NCBI GenBank assembly: GCA_036172245.1
Contig: JAYWIR010000001.1
Location: 3,038,001 to 3,102,000, forward strand
Length of the DNA stretch: 64,000 bases
Direction: 5' to 3'
DNA from: Raillietiella orientalis
Taxonomy: Eukaryota
Made by a program: the position numbers and the translations under genes. How positions within the stretch are numbered: position 1 is the first letter of the stretch; every line of letters begins with the position of its first letter. This document shows, piece by piece, positions 53,001-64,000 of this stretch. The notes below the pieces were generated by a model. It ran no database searches and was not told the origin of the DNA. It worked only from the letters and a program-made list of their open reading frames with translations.

Positions 53001-53749
53001 CTTCCTGTATTTCGTTCCCTCTTCGATGCCCTTTAGAAGGAAAATCATTCTCAACCGAATTTTCAAGGTCGACGTGATTTTTTCCTACCGTTGTTTTGCT
53101 TCGTGACAAGAAACATGCAGCCTGTGCCAACAACTCGCCCCCCCAGGCAGGCGACCGAGCCCTCGAGCGAAGCGACTTCTTTTCCACGATCCTCTCACCA
53201 TGCTGGTTCCACGCCCTGCTTCCCCCTTGCAACCGGTTGGCTCCCGTAGGACAACCCTCATCCTCCCCATCCTTTCCGGACGAGAATCCTCTCGAAGTGG
53301 CAGCGTGTGCGGAGAAACGGCGTAGACACTCCTCTCCTACGCTCTTTGCCAGGGGACCTCGGCGCAGTGGCCGGGCGCCACCCCTTCCGGCTGGGATCTT
53401 GGAACGCTGCACGGGCTGCTTAGTGGTCCGTCCGCTCAACTGGATGCCGCGCCATCCCGGCCCGGGTTCCTCCCTTCCCTCGTTCCCGGGAGAGCAGAAA
53501 AGAGAGGTTAGGTTCGAGGCAGTCGCTGCTTCCCTCCGCCCGAGGGAGGTCTTGGACGCACCACCCCCGGGCTGCCGCTCTTTCACTCGCCCCCACGAGA
53601 TGGAGGGCGCTGCTGCGCTCCTCTTGCCTGCACGCGTCGGACCCCCGCGCCTTTTCACTCCCTGTCCCACCTCGCCCTTCACCCCATCCTCCAGTTCGGT
53701 AATTGAAAAACGTATTCAACCATATACAAATACGTACGTTAAGGCCGAT

Positions 53750-54641
53750 CAAAATCCCAAAAGGTCACGAAAAATAAATCCATATGCTTATTAGATGCAC
53801 TAATATGTACATTAATACAAATTATAAATATTATGAATATAAATATATAGATTTAGTATGTATATTAATATATATTTATATAGGAATTAATATGCAGTTA
53901 TTTTAATATACATATTTAATGGCATACATATTATCACCACATATATTATTATGAGAAAGATTATGAGAAATGCATATGTATGTTTATTATACACTTTGAA
54001 GAGTATCTCTCTATATAATAAATATGTATTAAATGAATCTATAAGTACCGGATTATAAAAAATAAAAAATAATGATAGCCATTAAAAATAGTGGAAAAAA
54101 TAAAATAACACGACAAATAAAAAAAAAACAAAAAAGAAAATTTGATTAATTATACATTAATAGTGTGTATGTCAATGCATATTAGTAAAAGTGAACGTGA
54201 AAAAATTGTATATGAATTTCTATGTAAATATAAATATATATCAATATGCATAAAAGGCATACTATTTGTTTCTTATGATCTTTATTGTATCTATTCATCC
54301 ACATGCAAATACGTACATTAACACACGCACATATGCATGTGTTTTTCTCCATCTTCATTGTACGCATTCATGCATACATTAATCTGCATATGTTTATTCT
54401 ATATTAACATACACAAAAATATATCAACATATATAAAAACATATCAACACATATAATATTTACATATATAACTTATATATAGTAGCACACGTAATACATT
54501 ATCCTATATTTGCATATATCACAGTATAACATATTCTATATAAACATGTATACTGATATGTTTATTATATGTTAATGTATTCAATATTAACACATATTTA
54601 ATAAACAAATGCGTTTATTTTTCATGATCTTTGGGGATTTG
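53750..54641. mobile_element. AT-rich non-autonomous foldback/MITE-like element with long imperfect inverted arms
   Basis: Left end CAAAATCCCAAAAGGTCACGAAAAATAAATCCATATGCTTATTA vs reverse complement of the right end CAAATCCCCAAAGATCATGAAAAATAAACGCATTTGTTTATTA. Patchy symmetry continues about 300 bp inward. It is a sharp AT-rich block in GC-rich flanks with no ORF. Confidence 0.7.
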
Positions 54642-55689
54642 GGGAGACTACCCCTTCGGGTGCTCCTTGCTCACGGCTCGATCTCAGCTTCTCCCGAGGA
54701 GCCCCAAAGAGAGCGGCCCGTCCAGTCGGGTCAGGATGGCCTCCGGCCAGTCTCCTGACCTCGAACCCTTATGCCAAGGGAGGAAGTGATTCGGCCACCC
54801 TCGGGGCAACCGCACGCGTCCCATCCCTGTCTCCTTGCTTCCCTTTTTCTCCTCAACCAGAGAGCAGCCATGGGTCTGGTGGGATGCACGCGACCCCCGT
54901 TCGGCTGCGGCGGGAACTACCGCCGGCCGCGGCTCTCGGGAGGCAGCTAGGTTAACCCGACCTGGAAGCACGGCCGCTGCAGCCCCCTCGGACCAGTAGA
55001 GCCTTCGGGAAGGGATCGCCGTCCTCCCCCTCCCCCAACCGTCTGACTTGACTTCACTTTCCAGGGAGTGACGGTCTCGTGGGAGACCACGGGCGCCACT
55101 GCACTCGGGCCGCCAGACGAAGCAACCCGGCGTTGGAGACTTGAGAAGAAGGCGCTGCCCCTCTTCTCGGATCCGGGAGGAGGAGGCACTACTCTGCAGT
55201 CGGCCCGGTGGAAGGGGGAAATGGGGTCCGAGGGAACTCGGGGAAGGAGGGAGGAGCGAAGAGGAAGAGAAAGGGAAAAGGAAGAGGGAAGCCTCCTCGC
55301 TTCCCACTCCTTCCTGGTTCGGGCGTCGACCCCCATCCCAAGTTCTTCCCTAGGAAGGGATGCCGTAAGAGCTCCCTTTTCGACCCACTCTCGCTCTTTC
55401 TGGTCACCCCTGGACACCGGCCACGAGAGCTCCGGACTGCGAAGCGGAACGCTCCCATCCGGGAGGGCGCGAATACTCTGGAGCAGGACGTCAGCGTCTT
55501 CAGGATTCCGAGTGAAAACTCCGAGAGAGGAAGATCCTCTTCAGTCAAGGATGAGAATAAGGACCAGCTGCCTGACGTTCCCCTGAACTCCTTCTCCCCG
55601 TCCCCCTCCCCTTCCCGCCGTCCGGGTCTTTCGACACCGCTCTTGGGCGGGACGTCCTGAGATCCAGGGATCATCCAACCAGCTCCCTT

Positions 55690-55900
55690 GCTCTGCGGGT
55701 AGGGAGTCCTTGAGTCCAGGTGACCTGGATCTGGCCGGACGGGGCCTGAACCCAAAAATCTCTCCCCGTCAGAGCTCCAGAGATTCGCACGGATGGGGAG
55801 ACTGCAGCACGCTCTTGCGATCCGCCTCTGCCCGATGATCAGGCTGGAAGGGACATGCGGTCGCATCTCAAGGCATCTGTGATCCGAGATCACCTTTGGC
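55690..55900 (-). mobile_element. Tx1-type ORF1 relic
   Basis: Within ORF 55189..56223, 'CLEMRPHVPSSLIIGQRRI...PGHL...P' resembles M.L...IPS.L.IG followed by a decayed C..C...GH....C knuckle. Confidence 0.35.
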
Positions 55901-56849
55901 ATCCCGTCCTCGGGGCCGCTGAGCCCCGACGGTTCCGGAACTTCCGGAGGAGCTGCCCCGGGACCCTCTCCAGGCAGCCACGTGGTGCACCTGCGGGTGC
56001 GCGGCGTCCTCTTCTGTCGAGGCGCGGCGTCTCCCCCGCAGCCCCCCCCCGGGCGACGGCGGAGCGACTGCAGCCTCTGTCTGCTCGGTGGCGGAGCGAC
56101 TGTGTCCTCCCCTCTGTCCGGAGCAGCTGCTGAGCTTCCCTCGCACAGCCCTCGATCCAGAGGTGCTGCTCTACTGGGCCAAGCAGCTGCCTCTCCCCCT
56201 GCGGGAGGAAGAGGAGGATTCATCCGGGAAGCCCTGATCCCCGGACGTGCGCGTGCTCTTTTTTTTTTTGTGTGTTTTTGTTTTCCCCACGCTCTCCTTC
56301 ATGGAGTCCCCAGGATGGGAGGGGCTGCTTTGTCTCCCTCTGCCTCTTCCCCAAACTTCTGTTTGCTTTTTTTTTTTTTTTTAATCTCTCCCTCCTGTTT
56401 TCTCTCCAGGATCTCCTCCTCCCAACCGAGTCCCGGTCGGGGATGGCTTCCAGAAGAGGAGGCGAGCGCATCTTTGTGGGAAGGAGGAGACGCTGCGAAT
56501 CGCCCGCTCTCGCCTCCACCGAGTCCACTTGTGCTCTTCGGACGGCGTTCCGCCCGAATCACCTGCTCCCCTTCCTCCTCCTGTCCGGACCTTCCTCGCT
56601 GCCATCCTTCCCTCTTTCAGCGGGCTCCTGCCCGTCTTCCCAGGTCGGGGGTCCACGCGGACGAGGCTCCTCTTCCTTCTGAGAAAACGGTGGGAGCGGA
56701 CGGAGGGAAAAGACGCTCGTGGACCGGAGTCAAAAATCCTGGAACACTTTTGAACGGTGGTCCAACATCACGGGTGTCTCGAGGAGCGACCGCGTGTCTT
56801 TTCCTCCCTGACCACCGGGCAAGGGAGCGGATAGTAAGATAATGCTGCA

Positions 56850-58040
56850 GTCTCCCCATCCATGCGAATCTCTGGCTCCCGGCCCAAGAGCGGAGTCTAA
56901 AGAGCCGGTCGGTGGTGGTGACAAATGGGTCCAGGGGAAGGCCAAACAACTGGTCAGCAAGCACCGCCTTTGGTCCTTTCCTCCCCATCTCTTCGATGCT
57001 CCTGAAGCCTCTACCTGAAATCTCTGAAGCTCCCAACATAAACAATAACTCATAATTTAATTAATTTAATGTACAATATAAAATTACAAATTTCATTTCA
57101 GATTAATAAAACATCAATTTAACCCTTACAGAGAACGTATCGGCAGTCTTCAAGATTCAGGCTCAAGGCCAACGGCTTTACTGAAGTTCTTGTTGGCCCG
57201 CTGTTTCCACTGCTGCCATCCCGCGCGGATGTCCCTGCCCTTCCAGTCTCCATCACGAACCAGCATCCTCTCTTCCGTCTCTCCTCTCCTCGTTTCTCCC
57301 CTTCTTATCCCGCTTCCTGTTCCGGCAGCTGCGCGTTTTCCAGATTTCTTGTATTGCGAGGGGCTGTCTTTGCAGTGACCCGGCTCTATTCCATGCTGCA
57401 CGTCCGCGGTCTCCGCTATCCTTCTGCCCTCCGCGGGCTTTCCCTCGCTCAGAGGGAGGAATCAAGTTTTCTCGGCCCAGCGCGCACTCTCCTGCCGGCA
57501 GATCTGTGCTTCGGGTTGCCACCGCCTGCGAAGGGAAGACCTGGACGCGCGAGATGCCTCGCGGCCTCGCAGACCACAGCTCCGTGCTTCCGCGTCCGTG
57601 GTCTCACGAAGGTCTCTAAGCGCTGCCCACGCCACCCGAGGGTGCACGTGACTCTTCAACTCATAGAGGGTCACACCGGGAGGGACCACCCTACGAATCC
57701 GGGAAGGACTCCGGAGGAAGGAGTCCTTCCCTCTTGCGTTTGAGAGGGAAACCGGAAGAGAACCCTTACCCTGGTTGTCTCTGAAGGGAAACTCGAGGGG
57801 AATCTCTTCCCCATTCTCTTCACCCAGAAGGAGCCATTCCTCGTTTCTCCTCCGAAGGGAATCCGGAAAAGATCCGCGCTCTTGAATTTCTCCTCCGGGA
57901 GGAACGCGCAAGAGAACCAGCCTCTCCTGGTTTCCTGCTCCTCTGAAGAGAACAACGAAGGGACACTTCCAATTTTCTCTAAAGGGCGCTCCTCAAAGGG
58001 AGCAGCGTACTTCTCGAACTCTGGAGAAGTATCAATCAGA
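56850..58040 (-). mobile_element. Decayed LINE, ORF1 end plus APE endonuclease start; paralog of 2010-3170
   Basis: 57605-58040 is nucleotide-similar to the reverse complement of 2010-2400. Downstream are 'SCGLRG...EAQICRQES' (N..GL...DI.CLQET), 'LVRDGDW' (GDFN) and 'PLDPFV' (RLD.F). Confidence 0.55.
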
Positions 58041-58849
58041 TCCAGCGGAAAAGAGTGCTCGCCCGACGCATGCCTGGTCGAGTAGGAAGACAGAAGCAAA
58101 AGTGCTCCTCGTCCTCATCCGTGGTCCGCAAAGTCTCGAGCTGGCGATCGTGACTTTTCCACACTCCTGGATAGGGAAGTGGTTGGCTAGCCCGTGGCAC
58201 AAGACTGCGCACTTCGATCCTGGATGTTCCTCAGAACAGAAAAAAAAAACACACCTGGAAGAGCCAACGAAGCCGATCCGGGATTCCGCAGAATCGTGAG
58301 GGGGAAAGAGGAGGAAAATCGCTCCCGAATTTGTCCGACGGCACCGAGGTCGTGCCCTCCGGCGCTCGTCGGCCACAAACATGTGGGAGGAGGGAGGCCG
58401 GTCTCTGGGGGTCAAGTGGATCACATACTGAAACACACTCCGGGGAAAAAACGTCTTCCAGAGACCTTGGAGGAGCGAGTGCTTTCCATGAGGTGCGTGG
58501 ATGGAACGTTCTCATCTGCAGAGGAGCGCAGAGCCAAAGCCAAATTTATTGCAGTGTGGACACCTTGCTGCGGTGGGCGCCATTCTTCATGGAGACATTC
58601 CTTTTCGGCTGGAGAAGGAGTTTCTTTTGTTGCTGATTCGTAGAGCCTGTGAGTGTTGGGCTGTGTGTGGTTGTGAATCAAATAAATAGGACAGGCGACT
58701 CTCCGAGGAAATTTCTGGAAGTCGTGAAGAGAAAGGGGAACTTCAAGCATACGGAAAACAAACGCTCCTTCTCACACACTTCTCACATATGGTGCCAAGC
58801 GTGCAAGAAAGAGGTGTGTGTGTGTTGCATAGTTTGCGTATACATGTGG

Positions 58850-59320
58850 ATCAGGGTTTGTGGAACTTTGGAAATCCTGCTCGAGAGCCTTGGACGATTC
58901 ACTTGGCTTCTGGAAATCTTCTAAGAGGATGGTCCAGATGATCACAGTTCTTCTGGCGCAGCCGATGGAGGCACATCGCAGGGGCACCTCAGTTCCCACC
59001 GGACCTTTCAGTCGAACGGTTCATCTCTTCGGGAGGAGAGCAAACGGGTTACGATCACCTTCCACGAGGGAGATCTCCAGGGCGGAACAAACGGATGGCC
59101 TCCATTCTCGAGAGCCAGCTGCAGTCGCTGACGCCAGTCGTGCGAAGGTCGACGAAACGATCCAGTCCGGGATATGAAGTACAGGGGAGTCTCATTCTCA
59201 GGGCTTCTGCAGACAGGCCAGCTCGTGCAGGCCGGGGAATGTCCATTTCCTCCTCCCATCTAGAGCAGTTCTGCGGGAATTACGTCCATCGTCACCCTGA
59301 GACCAATCTATTCCATTTCT
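58850..59320 (+). mobile_element. L1/Tx1-like RT core relic
   Basis: 'LGF....MVQMITVLLAQP', 'GPFSRTVHLFGRRANGLRSP' (G..S..F.L.RG.RQG.PLSP), 'RASAD' (YADD position), 'LEQF'. Confidence 0.45.
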
Positions 59321-60539
59321 CACTTGTTCATTCACTTACTGCACCTCCCTCTCGTTCCTGAACTCCTGAGTTCTGCCTCCGTCCCGGACTGGCGTTTAGG
59401 TTTCAACCATTTCTTTAACGGTGAACGGCCCCGCCAAACCAGGGTGGGGGGAGGTTTGATTCCTGAAGGATGGCTCTGCGTTCGGTCAGGGTCTTCTTGA
59501 CGAGAAACGCTCAAGCGGCACTCGTTGCTGGTCATCCCGGTGCTGTCTTCGGGGGGGGCGGGATCCCGCGCTTTCTTCGTTCTTCTCTTCGATCCTTCTC
59601 GGAAAAGGATGCTCCAAGTTTGGTTTGCATTCTCCTGTTACCATCGTACCGGATGACTAGCAACGAGAGGTTTCCCTCCCACCCGGATCTCCACTGTGGG
59701 TCGGGCTCCGCCCCTCCAGAGGAATTCCCGAAGCATGTTTGGGACGTCCCGAGAACTAGAACCTGGTTCAGAAGCGAGTGGGATGAGCTCCCGTGTCCTT
59801 GTGTTGGCTGAAAAGGAATCCGTCCGGAGGTGCCCTTTGTCTTCGTTCTCCTTCCGATACCTTTCTTGAGAACCCGAGGTCCGCTCTCCGGGCCGAACAG
59901 CAGATCGCAAGGGAACGGCAAAACAAAAACAACAACAACAAAAAAGGATCGCATCGTAAACATACAGCATCCATCTCTGATGATGTCCTGTTCAAAGAAG
60001 CATTCTTGATTGAGCCTAAGAAGAGGCGAGCGAGCGCCTCTTTCCGGCACGGGGAACATCCGATTTGAAGACCCTCTTTTTTCTCAACGGAAACGGTTCC
60101 ATTCTCCGTCTCAGGTAGCTGGAAATAGTGACCGCTTTGCACCATTCGTGCTCGTGGTCGGCTCCCATCCTTGCTGTCATACGCTGAATAAACCACGGAC
60201 ACCTCCTGCCTGGCAGCAGCAGCGGTTACCTATAGAAAAAAAAAAAAAAGAAGAGGAGGAGGAACCGTGGCAGTTCGCAGCTTTCCAAAGTGGAAAGGAT
60301 CCAGGCTTCGGAAGAGTGGTATTTGCAGTTAAGCGGTGACGACGCAACCATCTTGGATCCGTTCTGTCGGTCCATCTGTTGCTGAACGGGGAACTTAGCC
60401 GAGTTGAGGAGCAGAGAAGATTCCGGGACGCTGCTCGCTTTTAGTTTTCAGTGCTCTCTACTTCGAGCGCACCCCGTCACCCCTTTCCTTTGGGAGCTGC
60501 TGTTTAAGAGGAGCGTTTTGCCTCCAGGGAAAAAAAAGG

Positions 60540-61324
60540 AGATTCCGGACCATCATGGTTGCGTCCCACGAGGTCCGCAACTCGAGGAAGCTGGACGTCA
60601 TCCTGGCTTCGGCAGCTACCTGAACAGCAGCAAACGCGGATCGGCTTACCAGTTCGGCCTGCAGTCCATCGATGCTCTGACCGACGTCCGGTCCCGCGAT
60701 AAGCGCACCATGCTGTTTCACTGCACTGTGCACACCATAAAGGAGAAGTTCCCACAGGATCAAGTAGAGCTGTACTTCGTGGACAGCACCACACAGGTGT
60801 GCCTGGAGAACCTCATCACTGACGTCGGTGATCTGGAAAAGGGGATAAAACTGATCAAGAAAGAGTATCAGCTGCAGATGGAGTCGAAAGACGACAAGAA
60901 TTCGCGGCTGAAGGAGTTCCTGTGCTCCTCGAAAGAGAAGGTGAAGGAGATGTCGGGCACCTTCAAGATCGCTAACGAGGCATTCATCGCCTCCGCGGAG
61001 TACTTCGGGGAAAACGCCCGGGGACTCACCTCGAAGGTGTTCTTCTCCTGCTCCGTCCACATGACCAGGAAGTACAAGCAAGCCGAGCAGGACCTCGAAT
61101 CCCGGAAGACAGGCGAGCGGACAGAGGACGCCATCTCCCCCACCAGCTTCGACAAAAGGCAGCAGCAGTAGGCGGTCACCAGCGAGCTAAAGTCCAAGAA
61201 CAGCGGCAGCCTCGCGGCAGACAAGGAAAGCTCCATCCAGCAGCAGGACGGCGTCCCGGAGGACATTCTTTTCGACCTGAGGAGCGAGCCGTACCGCCTC
61301 GTCGATGCTCTCCGCCGCAACCAA
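60540..61324 (+). pseudogene. FMNL: Formin-like (FMNL/Frl subfamily) pseudogene fragment: FH2 C-terminal half plus DAD
   Basis: 'RTIMVASHEVRNSRKLDVILA / FGSYLNSSKRGSAYQFGLQSIDAL..D..TM.FH' matches FH2 'ILA.GNYMNSSKRG..YGF.LQSLD.L'. Also present are 'SLEN.ITDV..LEKG'-like and 'EYFGEN...FFS'. After an in-frame TAG (61169-61171) it reads 'AVTSELKSK...DGVPEDILFDLRSEPYRLVDALRRNQ', an FMNL-type DAD. There is a 1-bp frameshift at ~60607 and strong GC3 codon bias. Confidence 0.9.
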
Positions 61325-62159
61325 GAGAAGAGCGCGAGCCCGCTGTCCTTCAGCAGCTACGGAGACGTCGAGTTTCAGCCCGCCCTGCAGAATCATCCGC
61401 GGCTCACAGGAAACCGCTTCTCTGCAGGCAGCGCATGCAGTCGCCGGAGTGGGCCGGGAAAGGAAATCAGAACCTCACTCCCCACCAGCACGTGGCTTCC
61501 CAGACTCCAGTGCTGAAGAATCTCCGGGTCAGCACGATCGGCTACCTGTGAATCACCACCACCACTACTACCTCCATCATCATTGCCATTGTCACGCGTC
61601 TTCATGCTGCAGAGTGAACTGAAGCGGTAAAACGAAAAAGAAAGGACTGTTTGGATCCAAACAAAGAGGTCAACCATTGACTTCAGCCCGTGGAGTCCAA
61701 TGTACACTTCATTATTTCCATAACGTTGAATGTACCTCATGTCGTCCTCAGATAGCACGCGCGTACGATACTCCCAGCTTACCATTGCTGATTCGGCGGC
61801 AGCAAACTTCAGCTAATCAGTGAGGTGACTCATGAGGCTCACCGAGAAGTCACTTCGACTGGCTTGAGGTCTGATCAGGGACCCGTTCAGCGGCGCCGTA
61901 TTCCCTCGAAAGAATTCTTCTCGGATGGAGCAAGGGAATTCGCTTGCTCCTCCGTGGTCGAAGTCTCAAGCTTGTGGGCAGAGACTCTTCAGTCTGCAAT
62001 GCTCCATCTCGTTTGCCTTGAAAATGGTTACGGAAGGGTGCCGCCTGGCAACTCCGTGGACCGAGCAGTAGAGAAAACAGCCAGCAAAGGTCGGCGGTCA
62101 CAGCTTGGCACCGCCGCCTGCCGACATACTGGTTGGTGGGAGCGACTTTGATGAATCAC

Positions 62160-63350
62160 ATAGGGATTCACCAAGAAAAGAGTGGATAGGAGCGTCTCCG
62201 AAGGACTTCTCGTTTGTCAAGGACTCGAGCGGGACGGCACTAGCCTTATTAAACAGGGGCGGATGAACGAGTGGGGGTGGGGGGTGGCTCCATTTCTTTG
62301 GATCGGGTATCCAGCATCAGCCACGGTAATAAATTGGTATGTCTGACTCGTTTTTCTCTCAGTAAACCTCTCGATGGCATGAAACAGCATCTGATAAGGT
62401 CGACGAGGATTGAGATGATTTCGATCTTGTCCGTCCTTCATCGATTCCGTTTAAAAATAACTTTTCCGGTGGTTCGGAATTGCATTTCTCTTCTTTCCAG
62501 GAGTTCCTGTCAATTCCTGTGAAGTTTCCTCGTCAGTTTTGCTCTGCTGATCGTCCTCAAGCTCGATCGAACCACCACTGGTTGTCACGAGAGTCCGGAA
62601 AGAACAGCACCATCTTCCGATTCGAGTCCTGTTCTCCCTACCGCCGATGCTAAGAGTGACTTTTTTTCCCTTCAGGCATTCCTCAGAGCGATCTGCATAC
62701 CGTTGGCATTGGGTGCGTGTGCCGTTCTCCTTGCGGAATCCACGTCAGCAGCATTCCCTGTCTCGTACCGAATGTGTCCCAATGCTGAGCAGAGCATTCA
62801 CATGTTTGGGTAGGGTCCATTCGGGATTGTTCGGATTGTTAGACTCAGTTCCTTGCAGGAACTGGTCTTTGCTCCCCACGAAGTCCAACTGAGGTTTGGT
62901 CTTCATCGCATGCGCCAACGGAGGATGTTCCCAAGTCGGACCTTCAACGAAATGCACCCCTAACTTGCCAATCCTGATGACTCCGGAACCTTCACCACTC
63001 CTTTCCCTTTCCCACCAAAGAATGCAAAGACAAGGACTGTGTGAAGAGGCGTACGTGCACGACTGGAGTTCGTGCTTCCCTTCGCGTGGACCAGACTCAC
63101 GCGTTTTGCGCACACTACAGATACGCGTTCCCTCGAAAGCACCGTTGCATGGATGCCTTCTCTCGCCCGTCTTCCCTCGGACTTTTTCGAATTGACCCCA
63201 AAGAGTCGCTGCTCGCATTTTGCGCTGGGACCTCCAGCGCTGCATCTGTGTTCGGATGCTGAACTTGAGGGGTGCTGCTGCGCGAATCGCCAGTGGCGCC
63301 TCACTCAGACAGATCCGGAAGTGCTCTCCGATGCGGAAGGAGTCTCGGGA
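62160..63350 (+). mobile_element. Decayed L1/Tx1-like RT
   Basis: 'KKRVD', 'ALALLN' (PISLLN), 'FSLSKPLD..KQHLI', 'LSVLHRFRL...CISLL' (VL.RFGF...WI.LL), 'NHHWLS', 'HSGL', 'LNLRG' (LSL.G). Confidence 0.5.
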
Positions 63351-64000
63351 ACGCATCGCTCGTCCAGAGAAACACGGATGCTGCTTTCGCGCTTGCAGAG
63401 AGGATTTTCCCGTCCTTTCGTTCTGAGCCAGGATCCCGGAATCCAGGCTCTTTTCTATTTACTCATCCTGTTGTCTTTGCAGCACCCTCCCTTTGTTCTC
63501 GGTCTTTTGCTCTCTTCAGCGAGGAAAGAGCGCTGTTGTCTTGATTGGCTGCGCTGCAGCTCGCGCCACGAACCTGCGACTCTGTGAATCAACACGTGGA
63601 CGAACGATGCGGAAAATACTCTGCAGGCCGAAGCATCCGGGATGAAGGAGGCGAGCGGTCCCGTGAGCAGGCTTCTGACACCTCTGATCTTCTTCCCGGA
63701 GACGGATCCACCTCTTATCGCGCAGTCACGTGCGGGCCTGACCTCGTTCGCTCACCTCTTCCAGCAGAAAGCCTTCGCGAAGACGCTTCCCGAGAGAGGC
63801 TTGAAGCAGGCTCGTTGGTTTGCTTGCTCCCCAAAGTCCTGGGATCCCCCGTCTCTGCGCTTGCCGGGGTGGCCACGCTTGTGGGTGCAGCAGCTCCTCT
63901 GAGGAAGGAACTTCCAGTTGAGCTCAACACATCCGCAAAAAAATGTTTACTCGTTGGCTGACTACTGCGTGAGATGCGGGCTGCACCCGCGCTTTGAAGT

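Noticed and set aside
57118..57128. piggyBac-like TTAACCCTT end
   Set aside because: I saw no matching AAGGGTTAA downstream; the one at ~15812 is far upstream and wrongly arranged.
61169..61171. Programmed stop-codon readthrough in the formin
   Set aside because: The context TAG-GCG is not a known readthrough motif, and the same fragment has a frameshift and a deletion. Pseudogenisation is simpler.
1..64000. Prokaryotic or phage systems (CRISPR, retron, DGR, defence operon)
   Set aside because: No regularly spaced repeats, operons, RBS-linked ORFs or intact RT. All RT signals are decayed eukaryotic non-LTR type.

Overview
This window looks like repeat-dense animal genomic DNA, probably invertebrate or arthropod-like, and not a prokaryotic locus. 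It has no operons, no intact long gene and no CRISPR array, and it contains many microsatellites and homopolymer runs. Most of the window is a graveyard of heavily decayed non-LTR retrotransposon fragments on both strands. These are mainly L1/Tx1-like, with CR1-like and RTE-like pieces and one probable MULE transposase relic, and I recognised them by eye from frameshifted RT, endonuclease and zf-RVT motifs. The best-supported features are: (1) a disrupted formin-like (FMNL-type FH2 C-terminus plus DAD) pseudogene at ~60.5-61.3 kb; (2) a young 779-bp inverted duplication, about 10 substitutions apart, at 4173-4951 / 9567-10345; (3) an AT-rich ~0.9-kb foldback/MITE-like element at 53750-54641; (4) a chimeric tRNA-Gly/tRNA-Gln fragment at ~15.8 kb; (5) several diverged dispersed repeat pairs. 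Almost all ORFs in the track are spurious GC-rich frames. I found no convincing new multi-gene system. TE assignments are manual motif matches and need HMM confirmation.
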